Positions 20,746-30,716 of a stretch of 64,000 nt of DNA are shown one piece after another. Every line of letters begins with the position of its first letter. Position 1 is the stretch's first letter. Origin of the DNA: Magnetococcales bacterium (GTDB lineage Bacteria > Pseudomonadota > Magnetococcia > Magnetococcales > JADFXB01). Both the position numbers and the translations under genes were made by a program. The DNA lies in NCBI GenBank assembly GCA_015233935.1, contig JADFXB010000003.1:10307-74306 (forward strand), written 5' to 3'. A model generated the notes under the pieces. It searched no databases. It had not been told where the DNA came from and saw only the letters and a list, made by a program, of their open reading frames with translations.

Positions 20746-22629
20746 TTATTGACCAGACATCACCAACAACATGCGGTTTAACCGCTTGACAAAGGCCATG
20801 GGATCGTTAAGCGTCCCACCCTCGCCCAACAATGCCTGCTCATACAACAGGTGGCTCCACTCCTCAATCCGCCCCTGCTCACTCTCCGCCTGCAACCGCA
20901 CCACAATGGGATGATGGGGGTTCAACTCCAGAATGCGCTTGCTCTCTGGGACTTCCTGCCCCGCCGAACGTAAAAACCGCTCCAAAGTATGGCTCATGTC
21001 ATGCTCTTCACCCACCAGACAACACGGCGAATCGGTCAGACGATTGGTCAAACGAACCTCCTTGACCTTGCCCGCCAAAATTTCCGCCATCTTGGTGCGC
21101 AGGGATTCCATATCCCCCTCACTCTTCTTCAACTCCTCCTCTTCCGCTGCATCCTGCAACTTGCCAAGGTCCAACTCACCCTTGGAAACCGCCTGCAACG
21201 ACTTGCCATCAAACTGCTCCAAATGGGTGACCAACCACTCGTCCACCCGATCCGAGAAGACCAAAACCTCGATACCCTTCTTGCGGAAAATTTCCAAGTG
21301 CGGACTGTTGATGGCCGCCGAATGGGTATCCCCCAACACGTAGTAAATCTTCTCCTGACCTTCCTGCATGCGGGATACATAATCCTGCAAAGAAACCACC
21401 TGATCGGGCGAACCGGTATGGGTGGAAGCAAAACGCAACAACTTGGCCACCCGCTCCTGATGACCATGATCCTCCACCACACCCTCTTTCATCACCTTGC
21501 CAAAATTTTTCCAGAAGGTGACATATTTTTCCGGCTCCTTCTCCACCATCTCCTCCAGCATGGTGAGCACCCGTCCCACCACACCTTTGCGAATGGCCTC
21601 CACCGCCCGATTCTGTTGCAAAATTTCCCGGGAAATGTTCAACGGCAGATCCGCAGAATCCACCACACCCTTGACAAACCGCAAATAACGGGGCAGCAAA
21701 TCTTCCGCCCCCTCCATGATGAACACCCGGCGGACAAACAATTTCACCCCATGCTTGCGCTCCCGATCCCACAGGTCAAAGGGTGCGCGTTCCGGCAGAT
21801 ACAACAAGACCGTGTACTCATACTTGCCTTCCAAACGGGCATGGTGATAAGCAAGCGGATCCTGATAATCATGGGAGATATGCTTGTAAAATTCCTTGTA
21901 CTCCTCCTCCGTCACCTCACTGCGGGAACGGGTCCACAAGGCGGACGCCTTGTTGACCGTCTCCACCTCCCCTTCCTTCTCTTTGTTGTCACTGACCATG
22001 CGAATGGGCCAGGAGACATGATCGGAAAACTTGCGAATCACGGAACGCAAACGCCAGCCATCGAGAAATTCATCCTCTTCCCCCCGCAAATGCAGGATGA
22101 TGCTGGTACCACGAGCCAATCCCTCTTCCGCCTCCACCGTATACTCCCCATCCCCACGGGACTCCCAACGCACCCCTGTCGAATGGCCCGCCCGGCGGGA
22201 AAGAACCGTCACCCGGTCGGCAACGATAAAGGAGGAGTAAAAACCAACCCCAAACTGACCAATCAGGTTGGCATCCTTGCTTTGATCACCCGTTAACGAC
22301 TTGACAAACTCCTTGGTCCCCGAATGGGCGATGGTGCCAAGATTTTCAATAATTTCATCGTGACTCATGCCGATACCGTTATCGGACACGATCACGGTAC
22401 GCGCCTCCTTGTCAAAGGAAACGGTAATGGCCAAATCGGCATTGCCTTCATAAAGGGCTTCATTGGCCAAGGCCTCAAAGCGCATCTTGTCCAGGGCATC
22501 GGAGGCGTTGGAGATCAACTCCCGCAAAAAAATTTCCTTGTTGCCGTAAATGGAATGGACCATCAGGTCCAAAAGTTGACGAACTTCTGCCTGGAACTGA
22601 CGTGTTTCTTTCTTATCCGCTTGACTCAT
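20746..22629 (-). CDS. htpG: Hsp90 chaperone HtpG
   Basis: FLRELISNASDA, IGQFGVGFYS and DLPLNISRE. Confidence 0.98.
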   Translation of the reverse strand: MSQADKKETRQFQAEVRQLLDLMVHSIYGNKEIFLRELISNASDALDKMRFEALANEALYEGNADLAITVSFDKEARTVIVSDNGIGMSHDEIIENLGTIAHSGTKEFVKSLTGDQSKDANLIGQFGVGFYSSFIVADRVTVLSRRAGHSTGVRWESRGDGEYTVEAEEGLARGTSIILHLRGEEDEFLDGWRLRSVIRKFSDHVSWPIRMVSDNKEKEGEVETVNKASALWTRSRSEVTEEEYKEFYKHISHDYQDPLAYHHARLEGKYEYTVLLYLPERAPFDLWDRERKHGVKLFVRRVFIMEGAEDLLPRYLRFVKGVVDSADLPLNISREILQQNRAVEAIRKGVVGRVLTMLEEMVEKEPEKYVTFWKNFGKVMKEGVVEDHGHQERVAKLLRFASTHTGSPDQVVSLQDYVSRMQEGQEKIYYVLGDTHSAAINSPHLEIFRKKGIEVLVFSDRVDEWLVTHLEQFDGKSLQAVSKGELDLGKLQDAAEEEELKKSEGDMESLRTKMAEILAGKVKEVRLTNRLTDSPCCLVGEEHDMSHTLERFLRSAGQEVPESKRILELNPHHPIVVRLQAESEQGRIEEWSHLLYEQALLGEGGTLNDPMAFVKRLNRMLLVMSGQ

Positions 22630-22810
22630 GGCAAAATGGATCCTCCCTCATGACGGTTGTACCAAACAACCTGCCTCCCAAGGAAACCCTGTGCTAAACT
22701 GGTTCTCCATGCAGGCACGGTTGCAGGCAGCAGGCTGCCTGGGGGTTAGATAATCACTCTTTTGCTTTTGTCAAATCCAAAAGGGAACTTTTCTTAAAGG
22801 AAATTGCATC

Positions 22811-23563
22811 ATGCAAAAATCCAGGGAGTCGGATGATCTTCTGGTGGTCTTAACCGGGGCTGGTATATCCGCCGAATCCGGTGTTCCCACCTTTCGTTCC
22901 AACGGCGGACTTTGGCGCACCTATCGCTATCAGGATCTGGCCACCCCGGAAGCCTTTCAAAAGGATCCCCTACTGGTGTGGGAGTTTTATCGTTGGCGAC
23001 AGGAAAATGTGAAAAAGTCCCAACCCAATCCCGGCCACCTGGTTTTGGCTCAACTGGCCAAACAGTTGGGGCGTCGCATGGTGCTGGTCACCCAAAATGT
23101 GGACGATCTGCACGAACGTGCTGGCAGTAGCGATGTAATCCACATGCATGGGGAAATCATGAAGGCTCGCTGTATCCACTGCCAATCGGTATTGGCTGCC
23201 TTCGACTATCAGGATTCCGGTCAACCCTGTCCCCGCTGCAAGGCCCCCCGTACCCTGCGCCCCCATATCGTCTGGTTTGGCGAAACACCCCTGCACATGG
23301 AAGAGATCCATACCTATCTCAACCAGGCTACCGTGTTCATGACCATCGGCTCCAGCGGAACCGTTTATCCCGCTGCCCAGTTTGTGGAGACCGCCCGCGC
23401 CAACGGGGCCTTTACCCTGCTCCTCAATCTGGAAGCCGCCGATAACACCCGCGCCTTCCATCGGGTATTGCAAGGCCCCTCCTCGGCCCTCCTGCAAGAG
23501 ATGATCACCCAGGGCGAGAACGATATTTTTGACTACTTCCGCCGTTTGCGTATGGGAAATTAA
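22811..23563 (+). CDS. cobB: NAD-dependent protein deacylase (class III sirtuin)
   Basis: GAGISAESGVPTFR, TQNVDDLHERAG, two CxxC pairs and a YxxR motif (YRWR). Confidence 0.92.
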   Translation: MQKSRESDDLLVVLTGAGISAESGVPTFRSNGGLWRTYRYQDLATPEAFQKDPLLVWEFYRWRQENVKKSQPNPGHLVLAQLAKQLGRRMVLVTQNVDDLHERAGSSDVIHMHGEIMKARCIHCQSVLAAFDYQDSGQPCPRCKAPRTLRPHIVWFGETPLHMEEIHTYLNQATVFMTIGSSGTVYPAAQFVETARANGAFTLLLNLEAADNTRAFHRVLQGPSSALLQEMITQGENDIFDYFRRLRMGN

Positions 23564-23569
23564 TCCATT

Positions 23570-24664
23570 ATGGCCATTCGCTTATGGTGTGCCATTTCTG
23601 GCCATGGTTATGGTCACTTCGCCCAACTGGCTCCCATTCTGCGCCTTTTGCACCAATGGCGACCAGATATGGAATTCCAGTTGGCAGGCGGTCCCCCCAC
23701 CGCCATCATGGCCAGTCGCCTGGGTTTCCCTTTTCTTCACGATCCCCGCCATCGGGATGTGGGATTGGTCCAACAAGGGGCCATACAGGTGGACCTGCCC
23801 GCCACCCGCCACGCCCTGGCAAGCCTGCACCACTCCTGGTCCCATTGGCTCCAGGAAGAGATCACCGCCATGGCCCACTGGCGACCGGATCTGGTGCTGG
23901 CCAATATTCCCTACCTCTCCCTGATGGCGGCAGACCACTTGGCCATTCCCACGGTGGCCATCGCCTCCCTGACCTGGGATAAGGTCATCACCGCCTATTT
24001 CGGTCAACAAAACAAGGACATCTCCCCCTGGCTGGAACAAATGACCAATGCCTACGGTCACACCCAACTGGCCCTGCTACCCGAACCCGCTCTGCCCAAC
24101 CCACCCTTTTCCAACTGTCAGTTTATCCCCCCCATAACCAACCCCGGCACCCAAAAAAGAGAACAATTGCGCCAGGAATTGCATATATCTCCACAAGATA
24201 ATCGTCCCCTGGTCTTTGTCAGTTTTGGCGGCATTCCCACCGAATTTCCCGACATCCACGCCCTGGCTGCCGAACAACAAGTTTTGTGGCTGGTCAACTT
24301 TCCCCACATCCCCAAAGAAGACAATTTATATCATTTAGATCAACTGGATCATTGGAGCCACAGCGATATCACCGCATCGGTGGATGCCATGGTGGGTAAA
24401 CCGGGTTATGGCATGGTGGTGGAAGCAGTGGCCAGCGGCATCCCCTTTTTATATTTACGCCGCTACACCTTCCCCGATGAAGATGTGCTCTGTCCCTGGC
24501 TCCACCGTCACGGGCGCGGCCTGGAGTTGGATCAGGCAACTTTTTGGAGTGGTCGCTGGCTACCTGCTCTGCAACATCTTTGGTCCCAACCGCCCCCCCC
24601 CATCCCTGCCATGAACGGTGCCCAGGTGGCTGCCGAAAAAATTATTTCTTTGCTACCCCCATGA
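23570..24664 (+). CDS. GT-B fold glycosyltransferase-like protein
   Basis: SGHGYGH, DVGLVQ, VSFGG and KPGYG..VEA motifs. Confidence 0.7.
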   Translation: MAIRLWCAISGHGYGHFAQLAPILRLLHQWRPDMEFQLAGGPPTAIMASRLGFPFLHDPRHRDVGLVQQGAIQVDLPATRHALASLHHSWSHWLQEEITAMAHWRPDLVLANIPYLSLMAADHLAIPTVAIASLTWDKVITAYFGQQNKDISPWLEQMTNAYGHTQLALLPEPALPNPPFSNCQFIPPITNPGTQKREQLRQELHISPQDNRPLVFVSFGGIPTEFPDIHALAAEQQVLWLVNFPHIPKEDNLYHLDQLDHWSHSDITASVDAMVGKPGYGMVVEAVASGIPFLYLRRYTFPDEDVLCPWLHRHGRGLELDQATFWSGRWLPALQHLWSQPPPPIPAMNGAQVAAEKIISLLPP

Positions 24665-26036
24665 GCTGAAGGCATCCGGCCATCAACAGGGAGGGCAATA
24701 AAACTCCCGTTCCCATGACATAGCGTTCAATGGGGGGTTCCACCAGGACCACTTCCAACGAACCCGCCATAAACCAGCCCACCGCCATCAACGCCACCAA
24801 CACCAGAGCATATTCCCTGTCTTGCTGGAGTAATATGCTACGGTGGGTTATCACCCCCTCCTCCTCCCCATATTGACTCAAATATAGATTTTTGAGCCAC
24901 AACAGCACCATCAATAAGAGCAATCCCTGTATCAGCGGATCCATGCGAATAAGGGTCAACACCGCCTCCACCATGGAGCGCATGATCCACTGCGCATAGG
25001 CCAAGGGATGGTGTTTGAGAATGGCCAGGGAAAGTTTGCTCAACGCCTTGTTGGCCAACAGGGTATTCCCCCCATGTCCGGCAACGGCAGCAGGTAAGGC
25101 CACCTGATGGATGGATGTATTATAATCATTATACCATGGATTATACTTGATGCTCCCCTGCCGCCCCAGTGGGTAGGTGAGGCCAAGGAGTTGGCGTTGT
25201 TGCAAAATATCCCTAGCCAGGGGTTGCACTTCCTCCGGCAATTGGGGAATCAGGGCGTTAGAAATCATGGGGGTGGCGATGCCTGCAATATTGATCCCGC
25301 CAAAGGAGACTACACCAAAATGATCCACCGTCAGCCAACGCAGTGAGCCGTAGAGCAAGAAGGGCAGCAGGGCAACCAACGCCACCCGCATCCACCCTCT
25401 GTTGGCCCGCACACAATGGGGAAGGATGATCATTTTTTCCAGAAGCCAGGCCAGTAATGGCAACAAAGGAATCAAAAATAAATACATAGGTCTGACCAGC
25501 CAGGTGGCTGCCAAGGCCATCGCCAACAACCACCATCCCCGTCCACTGCCCAAGGACCACAACATCAAGGAAAGGGAGAGCAAGCCTAGAGAAAGGCCAG
25601 GGGCATCGCTCAACAGGGTTTGCCCATAAAGGCGCAACATGGGGGTAAACAACAGGGGAAGGGCAATCCAGAAGGCACTCCAGGGCAAGACCAGCACCGC
25701 CCGTAATCCACTATAAAAAAGCAACACGGAAAAAACATGCAGGGCATATTGAAAGGCGGGAATCCACCAGTGCCCCCCCAGGGAGGCACTCCAGGAAAGG
25801 ATCCATGGATAACCAGGAGTACGGATATTTGAGAGAATTTCCTGCCAGGAAAGGTTGTGCCATTCCAGATAGGTGGCAGAATCGGGCATGAGTTGGGGAC
25901 CGGTGCCTGCCATGCCATTCAGATAATAGACCAGCAAAGAGATCAGCAGCAATAAAATGGGAGGACGCGGCATGCCAGGAAGAGGTGTCATGATCCACAA
26001 AACCGATTGGGTAAAATTGAGGGTTTGATGATCCAT
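24642..26036 (-). CDS. Multi-pass membrane protein, GT-C-like
   Basis: PDSATY..RTPGYP, LLSD and LVRP motifs with many TM segments. Confidence 0.6.
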   Translation of the reverse strand: MDHQTLNFTQSVLWIMTPLPGMPRPPILLLLISLLVYYLNGMAGTGPQLMPDSATYLEWHNLSWQEILSNIRTPGYPWILSWSASLGGHWWIPAFQYALHVFSVLLFYSGLRAVLVLPWSAFWIALPLLFTPMLRLYGQTLLSDAPGLSLGLLSLSLMLWSLGSGRGWWLLAMALAATWLVRPMYLFLIPLLPLLAWLLEKMIILPHCVRANRGWMRVALVALLPFLLYGSLRWLTVDHFGVVSFGGINIAGIATPMISNALIPQLPEEVQPLARDILQQRQLLGLTYPLGRQGSIKYNPWYNDYNTSIHQVALPAAVAGHGGNTLLANKALSKLSLAILKHHPLAYAQWIMRSMVEAVLTLIRMDPLIQGLLLLMVLLWLKNLYLSQYGEEEGVITHRSILLQQDREYALVLVALMAVGWFMAGSLEVVLVEPPIERYVMGTGVLLPSLLMAGCLQLMGVAKK

Positions 26037-26050
26037 CGGAATGGATTATC

Positions 26051-27247
26051 ATGGCTGTTTTTTATCATACCAACAGCCGCCCTCTTTCTGAAAGCATATC
26101 TATGGCCAGACCCCCTTCATTTCACGATCATCGTTCGGAACCCGAACTGGATGATATCCGCCTGGATGATCGTATGGATGATACCGAGTCTTTCGGGCTG
26201 GAACCCCGTCCCTCCCTCTCCCGTCGTCCTGCCGCTGCCGCCCCTTTTTCGGTAGGTAAGCTGGTGGCTGGCATGGTTGGTGGTATTGGCATTTTATGGG
26301 GAGGATATCAAGGCGTGGATATGGTGCAAACCCATATTCACAATCGAGTGGACGAACTACTGGCTGCTGAACGCCAAACCCTCAATGACTCCCTCACCCA
26401 GTTGGCCGAGGAAAGGCGTGCCCTCGCAACCGCCAAGAGCACCCTGGAAAATAATATGAGCAAGGCGGACACCCAGGTCAAAGCCTTGCTGGAGGAGCGG
26501 AAAAAGCTCAAAGAGGAAAAACAGAAGCTGGAAGAGGAACTTAAAAAACAGTCGGAGGCCCGCAAGAAAGCGGATGAGGCCAAAACCCAGTTGGAAGAAA
26601 AGGAAAAACAGGCCAAGGAAAAACGCCAGGCAGAGGAGAGTCGTCGTCAACAGGAAGAGGCCAAGCGGGATGAAGAGGCCAAAGTGGTGGCGACGGAGCG
26701 TACCCGTTTGAAAGAAGAGCAGAAGCATTTGGAGCAGGAAAAGAAGCAGTTGGAGCAAGAGAAAAAACAGTGGGAGGAGAGCCGCAAAGCCAGGGAAGAG
26801 AAGGTTAAAGAGGAGAAGACCAAGGCGGAAGCCGTCCCCACCACCCCCACCATTGAAGGGGTGGACAAGGATTTGTCTGCCGGGCGACTGAGCGAACCCA
26901 AGGGCAACAATGCCATGGAAAAGATGGAGTGGCTGGCCCGGTTGGATCCCAACAACAAGGTTTTGGCTCCCCGCTGGCAAAAATTGGCCGAAATGCTGTT
27001 GGCCAAAGCGGATGAAGCCATTGCTGCCAAAGATTTCAAGGGGGCCGATCTCCATCTTAAACAGGCAGAAAAGATATCTTTTGCCAGGGAACAGACCGCC
27101 CGCGCCCGCCAACGATTGGCCCATGCCAAGGAGGCCAACAGCAAGCTGGATTTGGATGCCCTGCGCCAGGCTGAAGAGGAAGAGGTTTTGCGCCGTCTGG
27201 AGCAAAACCGTTCCCCGGCCAATCGTCCTCCCCAACCCCGCCGATGA
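26051..27247 (+). CDS. Single-TM long coiled-coil (TolA-like) protein with a helical C-terminal domain
   Basis: One TM segment, a Lys/Glu-rich stalk and a GRLSEPKGNNA motif. The start may be 26102. Confidence 0.65.
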   Translation: MAVFYHTNSRPLSESISMARPPSFHDHRSEPELDDIRLDDRMDDTESFGLEPRPSLSRRPAAAAPFSVGKLVAGMVGGIGILWGGYQGVDMVQTHIHNRVDELLAAERQTLNDSLTQLAEERRALATAKSTLENNMSKADTQVKALLEERKKLKEEKQKLEEELKKQSEARKKADEAKTQLEEKEKQAKEKRQAEESRRQQEEAKRDEEAKVVATERTRLKEEQKHLEQEKKQLEQEKKQWEESRKAREEKVKEEKTKAEAVPTTPTIEGVDKDLSAGRLSEPKGNNAMEKMEWLARLDPNNKVLAPRWQKLAEMLLAKADEAIAAKDFKGADLHLKQAEKISFAREQTARARQRLAHAKEANSKLDLDALRQAEEEEVLRRLEQNRSPANRPPQPRR

Positions 27248-27257
27248 TCAAAGGGAA

Positions 27258-28628
27258 TCAGGCCACCTGCCCCTTTTTTTCCTGCAAATTTTTCATGCGT
27301 CCCCGCAAATAGCGCGGCAGGGAGTAGAGGGTGGAGGTGACCAAACGATAGACAAAACGGGGATGAAAACAGCGCAAGAAAATTTCCCAATAAGGGGCAC
27401 TACCGGTAAAGGTATCCCACAAGACCCGGCTCATATCCCTGGATTGGGGGGAGACCCGTTTTTCCATGGCAATCATGCGCACCATTCCCATGCGTAACAG
27501 GGAGAGGCGTTGATAGAAGGTGGTGATATAAAAAATCATCTCCCCCACATGGTTATCCCGATCCATGCGCTGCACCACCGGTCGATAATAATTATGGAAA
27601 TCATCCCGGTGTACGCCCAGAAAAACGGCGGTGACGGCAGCGGCCTTGGCAGTTATGTAGGCGGCCCCGATGCCATCTTTGTACAAACGTGAGATGGCGC
27701 AGTCCCCCACCATGACCACCCGGTTACCGTAGGGATTTTTGGCCAGCCCCAGATTGAGTTTGGGCATGCAGCGGCACACATCGCCAATGCCATCCCAGTC
27801 GGGGGGAAAGCAGGCGCGGACTTCAGGGGCAGCAAAAAATTGTTGGACGATCTCCCGGTTGATATCCTCTCCCAACAGGCAGACGGTGATATTTTCCGTT
27901 TTTGGAATCAGGGCGGCAAACTTGAGACCAGGAATTTCCAGCAAGAAAATATGCATGGAACCCATGCCAAAATATTTGCGGGTTTTTTCCACCCCCAAAT
28001 ATATTTCCGAGAGATAGCCTTTGGAAACGGGAGGAGCCTGGTAGGAAAAGCCCAACTCTTCAAACAATTTCAGGGAGGCGGAATTGACGCCCATGGCCCC
28101 GATCACCAGGTCATAATCTTCGTCTGCATGTCCTTTGCAACTGACGCGGGGGCGATCCTTGTGCCAGGAAAGGCCAGTTACCCGTTGGGGAATATGGTTG
28201 ACCCCTTTGCTTTTGGCCAACTCCAACAGAAAGCCATCAAAGCTGCTCCATTGCACACCTTCCGGGGAAAGCCGTGGTCCCCCACCCCGATAGACAGTGG
28301 CAATACGCATGCCCACATCTGGGATGGCAATATCCACCGGTTCCAGCCCGGAGGTATGGAGAAAATAGGTATCAATGCCCCGCTGAACCACCATTTCCGG
28401 CAGGTTGATTCCTTCGGCGGCCAGGGTTTGCACCAACTCCTCGGAAACCACGCCAGCGCACATGTTGCAACCGGGAGGACCTGTACGAGAGAAGTCTCGC
28501 GGCTCAAAGATATTGACCGTCAATTTCAGGTTGATGCGAGCCGCCAGCTCCTTGAGAAAAAATCCACTCATGGAGCCTGCTGGCCCTCCCCCCAAAATGG
28601 CGATGCGGGCATTTTCCCTAAGTTTCAC
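27258..28628 (-). CDS. FAD-dependent oxidoreductase (geranylgeranyl-reductase-like)
   Basis: ILGGGPAG Rossmann motif, GCNMCAG and MVGD..DGI. Confidence 0.8.
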   Translation of the reverse strand: MKLRENARIAILGGGPAGSMSGFFLKELAARINLKLTVNIFEPRDFSRTGPPGCNMCAGVVSEELVQTLAAEGINLPEMVVQRGIDTYFLHTSGLEPVDIAIPDVGMRIATVYRGGGPRLSPEGVQWSSFDGFLLELAKSKGVNHIPQRVTGLSWHKDRPRVSCKGHADEDYDLVIGAMGVNSASLKLFEELGFSYQAPPVSKGYLSEIYLGVEKTRKYFGMGSMHIFLLEIPGLKFAALIPKTENITVCLLGEDINREIVQQFFAAPEVRACFPPDWDGIGDVCRCMPKLNLGLAKNPYGNRVVMVGDCAISRLYKDGIGAAYITAKAAAVTAVFLGVHRDDFHNYYRPVVQRMDRDNHVGEMIFYITTFYQRLSLLRMGMVRMIAMEKRVSPQSRDMSRVLWDTFTGSAPYWEIFLRCFHPRFVYRLVTSTLYSLPRYLRGRMKNLQEKKGQVA

Positions 28629-28807
28629 CTTCCCCCCAAATCCTTAAGCGAACTCCCTGGTCATCCTGGTGTCAAAGCCATAGAATCCGCTAGAATAAGC
28701 GGGTTTAACCCTACACGTAAAGAGACCAAAGCATTCACTGCCTTTCCGGTGCACGTTTTTACCCACCGGAAAGATGGGATGCCCCTGTGAAAGGCCCTTA
28801 CCAAGGC

Positions 28808-30142
28808 ATGGAAAATCAAATCATTAACCCATTAGAAACGGTTTGCCAGACGGTTCATGAGGCCATCATTATCGTCAATCGGGATCTGGTCATCCAATTG
28901 GTGAATCAAGCGGCCTATCGTTATTGTGGCTTAACGGAAGCCTTTCGTGGACAGCCCTTCCATAGCATCACCACCACCTGCGGGGCCAAACTGGCGGATG
29001 CCCTGAAGCAGGTGATTGCGGAAAAGCGTCCCATGCAGCAGTTGCAGGTCATGTGTCAGGGGTGGGACCGGCACAATATTTTGTTGGAGGCCACCATCAA
29101 CCCTGTTTTGGATGATCAGGGTACCTGTCAGGGGGCGGTGTTGGCCATCCGGGATCGCACCCGTATGATTGGTGGTGATGTGACACCCAACCGTCGCAAT
29201 CGTTTTCATCGTCTGCTGGGTAGCTCTCCTGGGATGGAGGAGATCTATTCTCTGATTGAAAATCTGGCTCCCATGAACACCACCGTCTTGATCACCGGCG
29301 AAAGCGGGGTGGGCAAGGAGTTGGCAGCGGAGGCCATTCATTTGCAAAGCCAACGGGCCAGTAAACCCTTGGTTAAGGTCAACTGTTCGGCCTTGTCGGA
29401 CACCCTGTTGGAAAGCGAACTGTTTGGTCACGTCAAAGGGGCCTTTACTGGAGCGGTGAAAGATCGTCTGGGACGTTTCCAACTGGCTGATCAGGGGACC
29501 ATCTTTTTGGATGAAATTGGTGACATCAGCCCCAACATGCAGGTTCGCCTGCTGCGGGTGTTGCAGGAAGGGGAATTTGAACGGGTGGGAGACTCCCACA
29601 CCAGCCGGGTGGATGTGCGCATTGTGGCCGCCACCAACCAGGACTTGCGAAAAAAGGTGGCCAAGGAGACCTTTCGGGAGGATCTCTATTATCGCTTGAA
29701 CGTGGTGGAAATTCCCATGCCTCCTTTAAGGGAGCGCAAGGATGATATTCCTTTGCTGGTAGAGCATTTCATCATCAAATTCAACCAGAAACACGGCAAG
29801 GCCATTAGTGCAGTCAACAGCAAGGTGATGGACCTCTTCAACGGCTATCCATGGCCTGGCAATGTGCGGGAGTTGGAACATGTGATTGAACATGCCTTTG
29901 TCACCTGCCGGGAGCCGGTGATCAAACTGGGCCATCTGCCCAAATCCCTGTTTAATCCTGATGTGAATATTCGGGAGATTCCCCCGGCTGTGGTGGAAAT
30001 TGAACAATCCAGCGATGAAAAGGAGGCCATTTTACGTGCCCTGGAGGCCACCCATTGGAAAAAAAATCGGGCCGCTGAACTGCTGGGCATGAGCCGCAGC
30101 AGCCTTTATCGCAAAATTGAACAGTATGGGATTACAGCCTGA
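28808..30142 (+). CDS. PAS-containing sigma54 enhancer-binding protein (Fis HTH)
   Basis: GESGVGKE, GAFTGA, FLDEIG, WPGNVRELE and a C-terminal HTH. An alternative GTG start lies at 28787. Confidence 0.93.
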   Translation: MENQIINPLETVCQTVHEAIIIVNRDLVIQLVNQAAYRYCGLTEAFRGQPFHSITTTCGAKLADALKQVIAEKRPMQQLQVMCQGWDRHNILLEATINPVLDDQGTCQGAVLAIRDRTRMIGGDVTPNRRNRFHRLLGSSPGMEEIYSLIENLAPMNTTVLITGESGVGKELAAEAIHLQSQRASKPLVKVNCSALSDTLLESELFGHVKGAFTGAVKDRLGRFQLADQGTIFLDEIGDISPNMQVRLLRVLQEGEFERVGDSHTSRVDVRIVAATNQDLRKKVAKETFREDLYYRLNVVEIPMPPLRERKDDIPLLVEHFIIKFNQKHGKAISAVNSKVMDLFNGYPWPGNVRELEHVIEHAFVTCREPVIKLGHLPKSLFNPDVNIREIPPAVVEIEQSSDEKEAILRALEATHWKKNRAAELLGMSRSSLYRKIEQYGITA

Positions 30143-30167
30143 CCCCTATTATTCCTCTTGAAGATAT

Positions 30168-30530
30168 TCACTCAGTGGCAACCGGCTTTCCAGTACAAAC
30201 AGGGTGATTTTTTTTGATAGCCGGGGCCAAGTCCACCTCATAGACCATCCCTTTGCGAAAGGGAAACATGATCTCTGCCAAACCATCCACCGGATCATAG
30301 CGGGTGATGCGAATGGGTATGGAGGTCACCTTTTTGGTTTCCAAATCCGTGGCTGTGGCCACAAAATCACTTAACTGGACCGAGGATGGTGGTGACAATG
30401 GATTGCCCAGGCAATCTTTGGGCTTTAAGTCAATCACCGCCTTTTCCAAACTTGTGGCATTGTATTCGGCACCATAAGCACATGAAATACCAAGCATAAC
30501 CACCACAAAACAACATATTTTTGCTTGCAT
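30168..30530 (-). CDS. Hypothetical secreted protein
   Basis: Signal-like N-terminus and a GGGGAG SD upstream. Confidence 0.5.
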   Translation of the reverse strand: MQAKICCFVVVMLGISCAYGAEYNATSLEKAVIDLKPKDCLGNPLSPPSSVQLSDFVATATDLETKKVTSIPIRITRYDPVDGLAEIMFPFRKGMVYEVDLAPAIKKNHPVCTGKPVATE

Positions 30531-30716
30531 TTCCAAATCTAACTCCCCCTAAATTTTGTTTTTTAGCTGGACCCTTTAGATACCCTATTGTTCCCTCTTT
30601 GACAACCAGGAAATACCATTCCAACCCATTGGCCTAATGTCGCTTAACTTTATGTTCAAGCCAACCGATGAATATTCCAAACTTCTTGCAACCTTTACCA
30701 TTATCAGAGCAGAGCG

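Noticed and set aside
20989-22296. 435-aa antisense ORF to htpG (and similar ones opposite mdh, ubiU and the coiled-coil gene)
   Set aside because: These are shadow ORFs produced by codon bias on the coding strand.
22680-22775. CIRCE element or sigma70 promoter upstream of htpG
   Set aside because: Only TTAGCAC half of CIRCE is present. TTGACA is present but the -10 match is poor.
22811-23563. Sirtuin as a defence-associated SIR2 NADase
   Set aside because: It has the Zn ribbon and all class III CobB motifs, so it is a housekeeping deacylase.
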